Positions 9,831-20,203 of a DNA stretch of 64,000 nucleotides are shown here, in pieces. The notes below the pieces were generated by a model. That model did no database searches. It saw only the letters and a list, made by a program, of their open reading frames with translations, and was not told the DNA's origin. The translations under genes and the position numbers were made by a program. Origin of the DNA: a virus; IMG/VR virus record IMGVR_UViG_3300037225_000466, positions 1 to 64,000 of that record, one strand, 5' to 3'. The number at the start of each line of letters is the position of its first letter. The stretch's first letter is position 1.

Positions 9831-11308
9831 GCGACCGCCCTAAATCTATCCATTTTCCGTTGTCTTTCTTTTTCTTCGTCTTCGACTATATGTTCGACTT
9901 CGATTTCAACCGTTCCGCCGTCAAGTTGATAAATCGGTTCGTCGTCTGGTTCGGTTATAGGATAATTAAACCCATTAACTATCAAATACCTCAAGGCATC
10001 CCCAAAGTCATCGTATTTTTGTCTCGTATCCATGTCTTCCATGTTCTTCAAACTATTCTCATTATATTTGAGAGTAGGAAGCGTCTCAATTAAAGCGGCA
10101 CAACTATCCATGATTCTTAATTTCGGCGGTCTCCTTGTAGTCCAGTGAAGCCACTGTTTTAATACTCTCCACCCGTTTATTCTTTTATTCTGTGCCTGCA
10201 TAAGAGGAAGTCCGTAATTCAGAAATAATGACGCTGGAGTTTCGGTGGAATAGTCCTCTTTTGACTGTAAGTACCACATCGAAGGGTCAGCCCATCTCAT
10301 AGAAACAGTCTCTCCTTTTTCGTAATACTCGACTTGCTTCATGTAAACATTCAAGGTAGCGGAGGCGTAGTATTCTCTGTAAACGTAAATAGTATTATCC
10401 TTCGGGTCTTGTGCCCCCCACAAAACGACGCAGGGATGCTCGTCCGTATATCCCATATCCATTCCACTTTGTCTTACCCAGTGCTCGGGAATCTCAAAAG
10501 TCGGGACTACGTGCACATCGATATTGAACTCATCGAAGAATTGCCCCTGAAATGTATCCCAGTTACCGTCAAGCCAAGCCGCCCTTAATTTATCTGGGAG
10601 ACCTTCAAGCCAAGAAATGTAACTGTCGTCTATATCAGGGTTGTCTTCAACTTTTGCAGGAATAAATATATATTTTTCTTTTTGCAGAATCTCTTGCTTA
10701 CGCCACTTGTTGATATCGGGTCTTACGAAATGTGACTTGAAGTATAAATCGGAGATCCCACCAGGGTTCCCCGTGGTAATCAAGGTCGGCGTGAATCCAC
10801 GATGTACCTTTGTCGCTCTTAATGAACCCGATAATAAGTCTATTATTTTTGGTGAATATTGATTGGCTTCGTCGATTATCATTAACTGGTATTCCTGACC
10901 TTGTATTTTCTCGGCGTCTTTGGCATTTTCGCACTCTTGAAAACTTATGGTCGCTCCATTCTCAAAATAAGCCATCCCGTCTTTTTCTCGATAATTGTAA
11001 CCAAATATTTCGTCTGGATAAAAATGTTGGAGAGGATTGATGAATCTTTTCAGAAGTTCTTTGTGCGTCTTCCTTACGACTACTATTTCAATATTAGGAA
11101 TTTGTAAGGCAACGGAAACAGAAGCGTCAAGGCAAAATCTGGACTTGCCTCCGCCACGGGCTCCGCCGTAATAAATGTAATAACCAAAAGGAATTTCCCG
11201 ACCTCTTTTTGCATTGAAATAACTGCCCGCTTTTTTCCCCACGTACTTATAAGCCTCTTTTTGGCGAGGGTGCATATTCATATAGTCCGACAATACGAGG
11301 TCACTCAT
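9827..11308 (-). CDS. terL: Terminase large subunit
   Basis: Walker A YGGARGGGKS, Walker B IIDEAN, TGNPGG, nuclease GMDMG...DDFGDALRY. Confidence 0.95.
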   Translation of the reverse strand: MSDLVLSDYMNMHPRQKEAYKYVGKKAGSYFNAKRGREIPFGYYIYYGGARGGGKSRFCLDASVSVALQIPNIEIVVVRKTHKELLKRFINPLQHFYPDEIFGYNYREKDGMAYFENGATISFQECENAKDAEKIQGQEYQLMIIDEANQYSPKIIDLLSGSLRATKVHRGFTPTLITTGNPGGISDLYFKSHFVRPDINKWRKQEILQKEKYIFIPAKVEDNPDIDDSYISWLEGLPDKLRAAWLDGNWDTFQGQFFDEFNIDVHVVPTFEIPEHWVRQSGMDMGYTDEHPCVVLWGAQDPKDNTIYVYREYYASATLNVYMKQVEYYEKGETVSMRWADPSMWYLQSKEDYSTETPASLFLNYGLPLMQAQNKRINGWRVLKQWLHWTTRRPPKLRIMDSCAALIETLPTLKYNENSLKNMEDMDTRQKYDDFGDALRYLIVNGFNYPITEPDDEPIYQLDGGTVEIEVEHIVEDEEKERQRKMDRFRAVA

Positions 11309-11684
11309 CGGAATCCTCCTGTATTATCCTCATTTCGTCGGATATTACAACTTCCCTTTTCTTTCCTTTTTCGGCGTTTTGTTTTCTCGTATCGAGATAC
11401 GATGCAAATTTAACAGCCGTATTCATTGCCTGTATTTTCTCTTTCGCTGGAACTTTATCGACTTCGGTTTGTATGTCTTCGGTGATGTAAAGTGTGGTTT
11501 TTTCTTCATTGGTGATGATTTTAGCGAGTTGTTTAAGTCCTTCGTGCATAAGAATATCGCTGGCTTCCTCAAACATTTCTACGGTGGGTCTTGAAAATCC
11601 GATTATGGAAGAGTCGTCCTCCCTCTGGGTTAATTCCTTCGGTTCTGAAAGTTTGCCATTTTCATCCACATCTAAATCCATCAA
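11301..11684 (-). CDS. Putative terminase small subunit
   Basis: 127-aa helical protein immediately upstream of and overlapping terL. Confidence 0.5.
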   Translation of the reverse strand: MMDLDVDENGKLSEPKELTQREDDSSIIGFSRPTVEMFEEASDILMHEGLKQLAKIITNEEKTTLYITEDIQTEVDKVPAKEKIQAMNTAVKFASYLDTRKQNAEKGKKREVVISDEMRIIQEDSDE

Positions 11685-11788
11685 ATCATCACTAATGATT
11701 CTACAAATTACCCAAAACTATTTCAAATCTAAGAAATATTTAGATAAAAAGCAAGGATTTTTTTGTCCGATTTAACGTACTTTATAAA

Positions 11789-11826
11789 CTAAAAAAGGTA
11801 ACCCCTTTATTTAAAAGAGTTACCTA
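11789..11826 (-). terminator. Terminator separating replication operon from packaging/structural operon
   Basis: Minus strand AGGTAACTCTTT...AAAGGGGTTACCT followed by T run. Confidence 0.6.
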
Positions 11827-11847
11827 TATAAAAAATTTTGGAATAAA

Positions 11848-12036
11848 TTAGTTAGGAGTTATTATATCAGACTTCGGTCGATTTTGTTGCTCCAAACCCC
11901 TTAATGAATATTCAAGTTTTATTTGTTCCAAAAGTCCGACGATAATCGTATTGTCCCCGAAAGGATTTTTGATTATTTCAAATCCTGTTTTTGTTAAAAC
12001 TATTGCACAGATGATATTTTGCTCGTTAAGTTCCAT
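11848..12036 (-). CDS. Hypothetical protein
   Basis: 62 aa with AAGGAG RBS. Confidence 0.5.
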   Translation of the reverse strand: MELNEQNIICAIVLTKTGFEIIKNPFGDNTIIVGLLEQIKLEYSLRGLEQQNRPKSDIITPN

Positions 12037-12044
12037 TTTTCTCC

Positions 12045-12482
12045 TTATAGTTTGTCTAATTGTGAGTCAATGGTTTTTAGTATCTTTTTGTACTTTTTAA
12101 CAGTGAGCTTTTTGCCCATGAACTTGCCTCTCGCTAAAAGTTTTATATTCAATATTGCTACAGTTTTTAATAGAGATTGTCTTGTTTCCTCTGTGTTCGC
12201 AATTTTGTCTGGATCTATATAAGCCCCAGTGCCCGTTGGCTTTGGCGGCAAATTACCAGAAGCCCTTTGTTTGTTTTCGTCCTCCTTCATGCCTGACATA
12301 AAAGTCGCATCTGAAAACACCGAGAAATCTATAACTTTGAATTTCTCGCCTACTTCTTCTTTAAGCCCTGCAACTATTTTGTCGTAAATCTCTTGGATAG
12401 TGTCGCCTTCTGCGGTTCTCATAAGACTTAAAATCACATCGTTTGGTGATGTTATGTACCGCATATTGAATGATAATTTCAT
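12045..12482 (-). CDS. Hypothetical protein
   Basis: Likely start MKLSF, coupled to upstream stop. Confidence 0.5.
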   Translation of the reverse strand: MKLSFNMRYITSPNDVILSLMRTAEGDTIQEIYDKIVAGLKEEVGEKFKVIDFSVFSDATFMSGMKEDENKQRASGNLPPKPTGTGAYIDPDKIANTEETRQSLLKTVAILNIKLLARGKFMGKKLTVKKYKKILKTIDSQLDKL

Positions 12483-13117
12483 AATTTCTCCTTTTCTTCC
12501 TCGAGCAACTTGTCGATCACTTCGATTTTGAACTCGTTTTTGTTTTTCTGCAATAACCAAGACATAAAAATTTGCTGACCATCTGCGGTTAAAATATCGC
12601 AGTCGTTAGTAATCCCCAGTTTTCTGAAACTTTTTTCAGGCTCGCTGGTAAATAAATTCGAGAAATTTTTGAGTAAATTCATAATAAACCCTTTCTTTTG
12701 TTTCATAAATCGTTTTAAACTATGTTGCTTGTCTAATAAAATCCCAAATATTTCACTTATAATTACTACTTTTCCATTTAGATTGAAAGCCACAGAATAC
12801 TTCTCGGCAACCCCATTGATTATGTGTACCATGCTCCTCCCAGTCACCTTGCCTCTTGTCTTTTCTGGGACAAAAATATTATTCATACCGTCGTTTTTCA
12901 TTAATAAACTATTTGCGAGGACTATTTCATCGAGTTCAAACTTGTATTCTGGAAAATTAAAAGTCTCTTCCATCGGTTCTAATCCTAAATACCTTCGCTC
13001 AAAATCCCTGTCATACGCATCTCTCGCTTCTTCATACGTAAAGATTGCCCCTATATGTTTTGACCTATATCCTGAACCACCACTCCCCAATGAAAAACCT
13101 GTCCCTAAACTTGGCAT
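12479..13117 (-). CDS. Hypothetical protein
   Basis: 212 aa, GGAGGAG RBS. Confidence 0.55.
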   Translation of the reverse strand: MPSLGTGFSLGSGGSGYRSKHIGAIFTYEEARDAYDRDFERRYLGLEPMEETFNFPEYKFELDEIVLANSLLMKNDGMNNIFVPEKTRGKVTGRSMVHIINGVAEKYSVAFNLNGKVVIISEIFGILLDKQHSLKRFMKQKKGFIMNLLKNFSNLFTSEPEKSFRKLGITNDCDILTADGQQIFMSWLLQKNKNEFKIEVIDKLLEEEKEKL

Positions 13118-13125
13118 ATCTCCTC

Positions 13126-13692
13126 CTATATTTTCACATTTAAAAAACTTCCTGCTCCGCAGTTTGCGGAAATCAGGCTGGAATATGCTCGACTCTGGTC
13201 GATTTTCTGCATTTTTTGTGCGAGACTTAATACGTTTTGGGCATATTTATTGCCGTGAAAATCCACTCTCGCCAAATACCAGCGTGTCTCTTTGTAGATA
13301 TTCTGGAATTTTGGCGGTTTCTCTTTATGCCCGTATTGGCGTTTTACCATGTTCCGCAAATATCCTATCCCACCTGAATAAGCGGTGAGAATTGCGAGTT
13401 GACTGCCTCTGTATTCACGATTAAACCTTGCTAAATAGTTCTTCACTCCGCAACGCAAACTTGCCCGTGTCTCTTTCGGACCCCCTTTGACCTGCATTGT
13501 ATTTGCTCCCCAGTTACATTCCCAACTCGCTACTGCATAGACTAAATATATCTTGACAGGATAAGTCTTGACAAGACTCTCAACATAATCCCCGTACTTT
13601 GCCCGTGCTTTGAAATAACGAGACCAGTTGATGTCACGGGCGGATAGACTTGTCGTAAACAAAAGAAATATTATTAATAATTTTTTAATCAT
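13126..13692 (-). CDS. Secreted lytic transglycosylase (SLT-like)
   Basis: Signal peptide MIKKLLIIFLLFTTSLSA; SLT-like motifs AVASWECNW, TMQV, AYSGG. Confidence 0.6.
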   Translation of the reverse strand: MIKKLLIIFLLFTTSLSARDINWSRYFKARAKYGDYVESLVKTYPVKIYLVYAVASWECNWGANTMQVKGGPKETRASLRCGVKNYLARFNREYRGSQLAILTAYSGGIGYLRNMVKRQYGHKEKPPKFQNIYKETRWYLARVDFHGNKYAQNVLSLAQKMQKIDQSRAYSSLISANCGAGSFLNVKI

Positions 13693-14994
13693 TTTTCACC
13701 TCTTTTTAATGGAAAAATTTCAAGCGATTCTTTATCGCCATCTGTGAATGGGTGTGGCAAATTCCTCGCTAATAACGATGGGAGATTGTCGAGATACTCC
13801 AATTCATCCCCGTCCCACCAAGCATTTTTCTCACCTGTCGGATTCCCGCCACCAAAATAGTCAATACTGAGATGTTTTTGAGTCCCCTCAATTACAAATG
13901 CTATTGCTCCTTCGGGCGTTCGGACAAAATCCAAAGGCTGTATTTTACTCATCTTCCTCTCCATACATTTTTTCAAAATCTTCTGGCTTGAATATACTGA
14001 TGAAATAGTAGTCTCTGCCCATATCTCTTGGGTCTTTTACCACATAGTTGTCTTTGCGTAATGCGAAAGCCTGCCAAGGTGTCGCAATATACATATACTT
14101 TCCTTTTGAATCTTCTTTTTCCTCGTATTCAGTCAATGCCATAAATTCGGAAATATCCTTAATGTTTCCTCCAGTGAATTGAACCGCCTCAATTTCATAG
14201 GGCTTCGCCTTGTATTTTTTAATCATTGTCTTTCTCTCCAATTACTTCAACAACACCAAGTCCGTCGCAGAAATCGCATTTCTGTAATGTTTCGACAATT
14301 ACATTCGGTTCCATCTGTGAAGGGATATAGGCTTTCACATATTTCTCTCCCCTACATTTCGGACATTGCACGAATCTTTCGAGTTCCTCTTTACGGTAGG
14401 ATTTCATTCTTCCTCCAAAAATTTATGATACAATTTTTTCATTCCATTCACAGCAGCTCCGACATTGTCGTCTTCATGCCGCAATTCGTTAATCTCTCGG
14501 ATAATATTCCGAACTCGGATTTCACTACGATTAAAGTAATCTCCAATCCACTTCTGAGGCATCCCAGCCTCCATGTGTAAAACGTAAAATAAGATTTTGC
14601 AGGCTAATCCGTTTTCCTTCGTTCGGCGTTTCTTGGAATTTATGTCAATCTTATTTTCAAGAATGACTTGTTTGATAAATTTTTCAATAGCCATTTTTGC
14701 CCTCTTTTAAGCCCGTAGTTAAACTTTTGAATTTACCCGTCACTTTGTATGAGTCGGGTCGTTATTTCTTTCCTGACGTTCCGCCTGTGCCTCTGGCGGG
14801 GTATTTTCTTCTGGGAAGTAAAGTTGCTTATAATATTCTTTGGCTTTTCCCCGCCAATAACTGGCTTCGTTTCGCATAGCGTCCAACATATCCGCTGTCG
14901 CACTCAACATTTTTTCTAAGCACCCATTGGTTTGCTCGCTCTGGCTTAGTTCTTCTTCTAAAAATTTGTCTTGCTTTGCCATATTTCCTCCTGT
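13689..14994 (-). CDS. Run of small hypothetical genes (13689-13951, 13945-14226, 14219-14407 Zn finger, 14404-14694 DnaA-C-like HTH, 14740-14982)
   Basis: Overlapping start/stop codons; CPKC..CDFC; GMPQKWIGDYFNRS HTH. Confidence 0.55.
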
Positions 14995-16796
14995 TAGAAC
15001 GGGGGTTTATCGTCATCATCCTCTTGGTTATACCAAAATTCCTGTTCCCGACTTAGCCCTAAATAGTTTTTATCTAAAAATGAACCTTCGTATCTTGTGA
15101 CTCCTTGTTCGTAAAATCTCTGAGACTTAACATCAAAATCAAATTTGACAGTCCCTGTCTCGCCCATGTAATTGTGCTTGACTTTATTGATAAACACTGC
15201 GGAATACTTGGTTTGGTTTAACTCTCTGTCAAATTCTCGCCAAATAGTCATGCCTATTTCCGCCTTATTATAGAACTGTGCCGACCCTGAGCAGTCGTAA
15301 AGTGTAGGTATCTCGTACTGAGAAGAGCTTGCCTTCCGCCTCATTTTCGCTGGGTGAACCACAAGGAATAAATGTAGCCCATGCTCACGCTCAAAATAAA
15401 TTAGTTTATTCAAGGTCTTTTTCGTGTATTCGGTTTCTGTGTCTTGCCCGTAGTTGTGTTCTAAACAATTCCAAGGATCAATCACCAAACTCTTAATTCC
15501 CTCTTTTAAAGTTAAATAAGCCGCCGCATCGAGAATATTTTGGACTGTATAATTCTCATTTTCAGGCAAAATCCAGAAAAAGTGTTTGTTTATAAACTCC
15601 ATAGCCTCGTCTTTTTCTTCGCAACTCATTCGGTTATTATAGAACGGAGTAAGGTTTTTCCCGATTAAAATTCTACAAAGCCTCTCTAAATGAATTTCAA
15701 TTTTAGCGTTCTCAGGTGAGAAGACACCAAACTTCCAACCATTCATAACCGCCAAAAAAACCATTAAGTTATCCATGAAATTGCTTTTGCCGTGACTTGG
15801 CACGCCAACAATTACCGTGAAACAACTATCAAAAAATTTTAGCTTTTTGTTAAAATTATTCCACCCCACCACTGCTCCGCTCGGATACCCGTTCTCATAG
15901 ATATTCATTAGTTCGTCACTGCGTTCGTGTGCGTAGTGTATGCCCTCAACTGGGTACATTTCCGCCCTGTCCACACAATTCTGTAATTCTTCTTTGCCGA
16001 ATTTTACCAAAACTTCATTTGCGTCCTTACAACCGTCAGGGAATCTGACAATCCAACATCTACGTTTTCCTAATCTTCTTGCAAGTTCTTCCCGAAGTTT
16101 AATTCCAGGATTATCCGTATCGGTCGCCAAATAGATTTTTTGCATATCGACAAAATACTCGGCACAGTTATCGAGATAAGATAATTTTGAAATAAGATTT
16201 TTTGCGTTTGGATTAATTGCTCCATCTGGAACGCTAATTGCATTTTCAAATCCAGCAACCTCGAAAGAAAGGCTATCGATTTCACCTTCGCAAATCAGAC
16301 ACTCGCTTTCATTTTCGATATCGTTCAATTTGTAAAATATCTTCGCCGCATCTTTTACTTGAGAGAAATGTTTATCTTTATCCCGATATTTGATATTAAT
16401 CAAATCTTCACCGACAAAATAATTAAAACAAATACATTCCGCTTCTTTTCCAATCTCAGCAATATAAACTTTATCCTTCGTAATTCGATTCCGCTCGATT
16501 ACAGATTTGGTGATCCCCCGTTTCTCGAACCATTCAAAAGTTTTGTCCGTAGGTGGGACTAATTCTTTTTTTATTGGCACAAAAACTGGTCTCTCTACTT
16601 TTCTTTTTTCGTGGAGCGAACCTGTCCACCCACAATTACTTGAAAAGCACTGCCAAGTCTGGAGCTGAGTATTAACCGCTAAATCCTTAGAGGTTACACG
16701 TCCACCTTTACGCCTCAAGCACTTAGGGCAATAAGTCCTTTGCTCTTCGTCGCCAGTAAGTCGAATTCCCTCTATCCCAAAGTCTTCATAAGTCAT
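14994..16796 (-). CDS. Twinkle/T7 gp4-like primase-helicase
   Basis: Zn finger CPKC..C..C, TOPRIM ICEGEIDSLS and DTDNPG, CKDANE, Walker A GVPSHGKS, VIDPWN, VVHP. Confidence 0.92.
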   Translation of the reverse strand: MTYEDFGIEGIRLTGDEEQRTYCPKCLRRKGGRVTSKDLAVNTQLQTWQCFSSNCGWTGSLHEKRKVERPVFVPIKKELVPPTDKTFEWFEKRGITKSVIERNRITKDKVYIAEIGKEAECICFNYFVGEDLINIKYRDKDKHFSQVKDAAKIFYKLNDIENESECLICEGEIDSLSFEVAGFENAISVPDGAINPNAKNLISKLSYLDNCAEYFVDMQKIYLATDTDNPGIKLREELARRLGKRRCWIVRFPDGCKDANEVLVKFGKEELQNCVDRAEMYPVEGIHYAHERSDELMNIYENGYPSGAVVGWNNFNKKLKFFDSCFTVIVGVPSHGKSNFMDNLMVFLAVMNGWKFGVFSPENAKIEIHLERLCRILIGKNLTPFYNNRMSCEEKDEAMEFINKHFFWILPENENYTVQNILDAAAYLTLKEGIKSLVIDPWNCLEHNYGQDTETEYTKKTLNKLIYFEREHGLHLFLVVHPAKMRRKASSSQYEIPTLYDCSGSAQFYNKAEIGMTIWREFDRELNQTKYSAVFINKVKHNYMGETGTVKFDFDVKSQRFYEQGVTRYEGSFLDKNYLGLSREQEFWYNQEDDDDKPPF

Positions 16797-17095
16797 AAGT
16801 AAACTGATTTCATGTGATAAATATTCTCAAATTCTTCTAAAAAATCTGCTGGCATCCAAAATGCTTTATGCCATTTTTCGACAAAATCTTTCATAGTATG
16901 TTGAAATTGCTCCAATTTCCATCCATTTTTAATGAAAATATTAAAAGTATATTTCGCTTTTTTATAAGCCTTTCCCTCTGTTTTTGAATAATCTTCTGGA
17001 AAAACTGTGTCTAAAATAGAGAGAAATTCCTCAAAATGCTCAATAGACAATAGGTTCTTTGAGCTGCACTCTTGATAATAAGTCAGTTCCGCCAT
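16793..17095 (-). CDS. Hypothetical replication-associated protein (helicase-loader-like position)
   Basis: Between initiator and helicase; FWMPADF. Confidence 0.45.
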   Translation of the reverse strand: MAELTYYQECSSKNLLSIEHFEEFLSILDTVFPEDYSKTEGKAYKKAKYTFNIFIKNGWKLEQFQHTMKDFVEKWHKAFWMPADFLEEFENIYHMKSVYL

Positions 17096-17816
17096 TATTC
17101 CTCCCATTATTTTGTGCTCGTGAAAGCCAACTGTTAATAAATCTCAAGACACCGCTTGGTGTTTTTGTGTTTTTAGGATTGGATAGACACCAAGCCTTCA
17201 TTTCTTTCATCGCTTGTAAAACATCAACAGCAGGATAGGTTTCTTTAAACATCTCAAATTCCCTTTTACAAATCGGACACTCACCTCCTATAACAGGCAT
17301 TGAGAAAATAATTTCTTTTTCTTCTTGCTCAAAGGGAATTTGGTTTTCCAAATTCAGCTTTGAGCTATTTATTCTTTCTTTATTTCTTCTCTTCTTAATT
17401 TCTTCTATAATGATAGGGGTTTGCCCTTTGCTTGCCCTTTGCTTGCCCTCCACTTGCCCATCTGCTTGCCCTACGACAATATCAGAGTCTTGGTATGTTT
17501 CCCAATTTAAAATGGTTATGAGATGCCCGCAGTTTGCCGTTTCCATTGCCAAAAAATCGTGTTTCCTTAATTTTTCTAAAGAACATCTAATTTTTTTAGT
17601 GCTGGAGCCACTTCCCGAAGCCTCCTTTATTTCTTTTAAGGAAAGTATTTTTTGCCCTGGATTTAGGGTAATTTCTTCCCCTTTCCATTCCCCTTTGGTA
17701 GTTTCCCATTCCACCAAAAGAAGCAATGTTATTAAAACAACCTTTTGTGATGGAGTGGAACTATACCAAATAGGACTATTTTTTAGTTTCCTATGAAGTT
17801 TTATCCAGCCTGCCAT
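17040..17816 (-). CDS. Phage replication initiator (lambda O/DnaD-like)
   Basis: MAGWIKLHRKL wHTH, ITILNWETYQ, C-term YPAVDV...AWCLSNP...FINSWLSRAQ. Confidence 0.85.
   Translation of the reverse strand: MAGWIKLHRKLKNSPIWYSSTPSQKVVLITLLLLVEWETTKGEWKGEEITLNPGQKILSLKEIKEASGSGSSTKKIRCSLEKLRKHDFLAMETANCGHLITILNWETYQDSDIVVGQADGQVEGKQRASKGQTPIIIEEIKKRRNKERINSSKLNLENQIPFEQEEKEIIFSMPVIGGECPICKREFEMFKETYPAVDVLQAMKEMKAWCLSNPKNTKTPSGVLRFINSWLSRAQNNGRNNGGTDLLSRVQLKEPIVY
17371..17471. repeat. Iteron-like repeats: probable replication origin inside initiator gene
   Basis: TTGCCC at 17421, 17432, 17443, 17454, 17466 (11-12 bp phase) beside an AT-rich tract. Confidence 0.65.
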
Positions 17817-17828
17817 TGATTTTTTGGT

Positions 17829-18026
17829 TTAAATGTTGTAAGGATTTATTAAAGGTAAATCATCTGTATCGAGTTCTATATCCTCGATAAAATCGTATTT
17901 TTTTCCATCTTCGTATTCTCCTTTTCTTGAGATACTAAGCCATACCATGTTGTCTATGCTTGAAATTTCAAATACAGATTCCGTAGCATGACCATTCTCT
18001 CCGTGAAAATAAATTCTTATACCCAT
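17829..18026 (-). CDS. Hypothetical protein, first gene of replication operon
   Basis: 65 aa with GAGG RBS. Confidence 0.5.
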   Translation of the reverse strand: MGIRIYFHGENGHATESVFEISSIDNMVWLSISRKGEYEDGKKYDFIEDIELDTDDLPLINPYNI

Positions 18027-18039
18027 ATAAACACCTCAA

Positions 18040-18190
18040 AAATAAACGGACTTACGGCGTGAAACAAGCATATAAACATGGGATAGCCAAGTCGATAGGT
18101 TGAACCGTAAGTCCGAAATAAATAATATATTTAATTGTTTTCATAGATAACCATCCTATTTTTTATACTTGTTTCACGGGTACAAAAATA
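18040..18190 (-). promoter_or_regulatory. Bacteroidota-type promoter plus structured leader/attenuator
   Basis: TATTTTTG (-7 box) at 18190-18183; two interleaved 11-bp stems; U-rich tract before RBS. Confidence 0.6.
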
Positions 18191-18242
18191 CGAAAAGAAA
18201 ATTCAGTTTCCTAATTAATTTTTATTTATTGTTTAGGTCGGT

Positions 18243-18747
18243 TTAAAAACTTTTTTCGATATACTTATTAACAGCGTAATTAACTAATTTCTTTGATTGA
18301 TGTAAGTAGATACTCTTATCATCATTACTCAATTCATTCCAATCATTTATCGAGGGTCTCTTTATTAACGAATTGAGATGTTGCTCAATTTGCAAAATCA
18401 CAAAAGCAATATCCAGATAAATCATACCCAGGTCAATCTCTGCGTAATCTTCAAGATGGTCGGGATTTTTAATATTGGCAATCCCCTGCAAATCGAAATT
18501 CTGGAGCATAGCACGGTCTTGTTTATTCAACGCAAATTTTACCGCTTCACTTAACTCTTTGGTCATTTAGCCCTCCATATTTATTCACACTGTTAACCTT
18601 GCCAGTTCCATGACAGTTACTGCATTGAATTAACATCTGTTGTCCTTTATAATCTACAACTCCCTTATTTCCGTGTCCCTTACATTCAGGACAACGGTAC
18701 TTCGGGTTGTATGTCTTGTGCACTAAGTCTAATATATTCTGCTTCAT
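18243..18747 (-). CDS. Two small hypothetical genes (18243-18566; 18547-18747 DnaJ-type Zn finger)
   Basis: CPECKGHG...CSNCHGTG. Confidence 0.55.
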
Positions 18748-19480
18748 AGTCGATTTGTTTAAGATATAATATCACTTCACTTAAGTATCTCTCTCGTAAT
18801 TCACCACTTGCTAATGCCATACGCCAGCAGGTGTCGCCTTGTTCGTTGCGATTAAGTCTGAAATAAGTCCTGCCTAAATGATACCACGCAAAACCCACAT
18901 CTTCTTTATCCTCAATCATTTGCTTCAATATGTTAATATTTCTTTTACATTTTTGTTCTATCTCATTGTCAGGCATATTATAACCACTATGAGTAATATA
19001 CAAAAGGCTCCTTGGGATCGTGTAAACCTGACCACCTTTTTCTATAATATCGTCTCCGATATTTTCGTGAATTCGATGACGAAATCGGTATCCTTGATGA
19101 AGTTTGAATAATCTCAACATTGCAGTAGTGGTATCTACGACTTTATCGGTTTGATAAATCTTGAATTTTGACTTAATTGTTACAAGGAATCCACAAGGTT
19201 CGGAAATTAAATCGAGCCAATTTTTTAGATTAGAAGAAATAATTGCTTCTTCATCCGAGTCGATACAGAGTCCCCAATCGTATACAATATCTTCATGGGG
19301 TTCTTTGTGCGGTGCCTCAGCAGTCATAATTAATGAGTTTCTTGCTTTTGCAAAATCAGATATATCTTCAAAAGTTGCATTAACATAAGCATTTAAAATG
19401 CCTGATTTCCCTCCTCCGAACTTACTTTGATTTACCTCCCAACTTACATCATGTTGGTTTATAGTCATTCCTACTATCAT
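18686..19480 (-). CDS. GT2 glycosyltransferase with TPR (SunS/SgtA-like protein glycosyltransferase type), atypical N-terminus
   Basis: DFAKARN, CIDSDE (DxD), RLF...RIHE, ITHSGY, RNINIL, WYHLGRTY TPR. Confidence 0.8.
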   Translation of the reverse strand: MIVGMTINQHDVSWEVNQSKFGGGKSGILNAYVNATFEDISDFAKARNSLIMTAEAPHKEPHEDIVYDWGLCIDSDEEAIISSNLKNWLDLISEPCGFLVTIKSKFKIYQTDKVVDTTTAMLRLFKLHQGYRFRHRIHENIGDDIIEKGGQVYTIPRSLLYITHSGYNMPDNEIEQKCKRNINILKQMIEDKEDVGFAWYHLGRTYFRLNRNEQGDTCWRMALASGELRERYLSEVILYLKQIDYEAEYIRLSAQDIQPEVPLS

Positions 19481-19523
19481 TTTCCTCTCCTTAATTTTAG
19501 GGATATATAAATTTTACTTGCAA

Positions 19524-20003
19524 TCAAACCACACCCCTCATATAATCTATTACAATATTAATTATTTCTTCTGGCTTTAGCCACATTTCTAAGTTATAAT
19601 CCTTGGCGTACCACACATCGTACTGATTGGGTTTGAGATACTTCCTGTCCTTCAAGATATTGATATTAGTCTCATGCCCGAATATCAGTGGGTCTGAAAT
19701 TCCCCAAAGTACAACGCCTTTAATTCCGAGACTGTGGCAAAGGTGCGGGAAAAAATTATCAATTCCTATCCACTTCTCGCCACACTCTTTGATAAATTCT
19801 CCTAACTTTTTGATACTCGGAATAAAGCTATACCTGTTCGCACCAATTAACGCCTCGCCATAAAGTCCTATTTGTATAGTCTCGACCTCCAGAAACCGCA
19901 GTTCTTTGACGAGTTCCTTCCAATAAGGGTAATTCTTCGGGCACTCACCACCGTCTTTATTTAGAGGGTGGAGACGGCTCCAAGGACTGATAATTAGCTT
20001 CAT
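19524..20003 (-). CDS. GT9 (heptosyltransferase-like) C-terminal domain
   Basis: PKNYPYWKELV, IQIG, IGIDNFFPHL...GVVLWG. Confidence 0.75.
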   Translation of the reverse strand: MKLIISPWSRLHPLNKDGGECPKNYPYWKELVKELRFLEVETIQIGLYGEALIGANRYSFIPSIKKLGEFIKECGEKWIGIDNFFPHLCHSLGIKGVVLWGISDPLIFGHETNINILKDRKYLKPNQYDVWYAKDYNLEMWLKPEEIINIVIDYMRGVV

Positions 20004-20203
20004 ATCGTATCGTATAAGTGACTATTTTTATAATCTTTAACTAAATCCGTTATTTTACTTGCATTCATCTCGGAGACAATGCTATATCCACCAAAGAAAT
20101 TATGCTTTTCAATTTTGGCTTCCCTAAGAGTTCTGGAAACAATAGTATTCACAAGATATAAAACCTTAGCGTCAGTCCACTCAAATTTATTCTCTTTGCT
20201 CAT
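20000..20203 (-). CDS. Small hypothetical protein inserted in GT cluster
   Basis: 67 aa, ATGA-coupled on both sides. Confidence 0.55.
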   Translation of the reverse strand: MSKENKFEWTDAKVLYLVNTIVSRTLREAKIEKHNFFGGYSIVSEMNASKITDLVKDYKNSHLYDTI

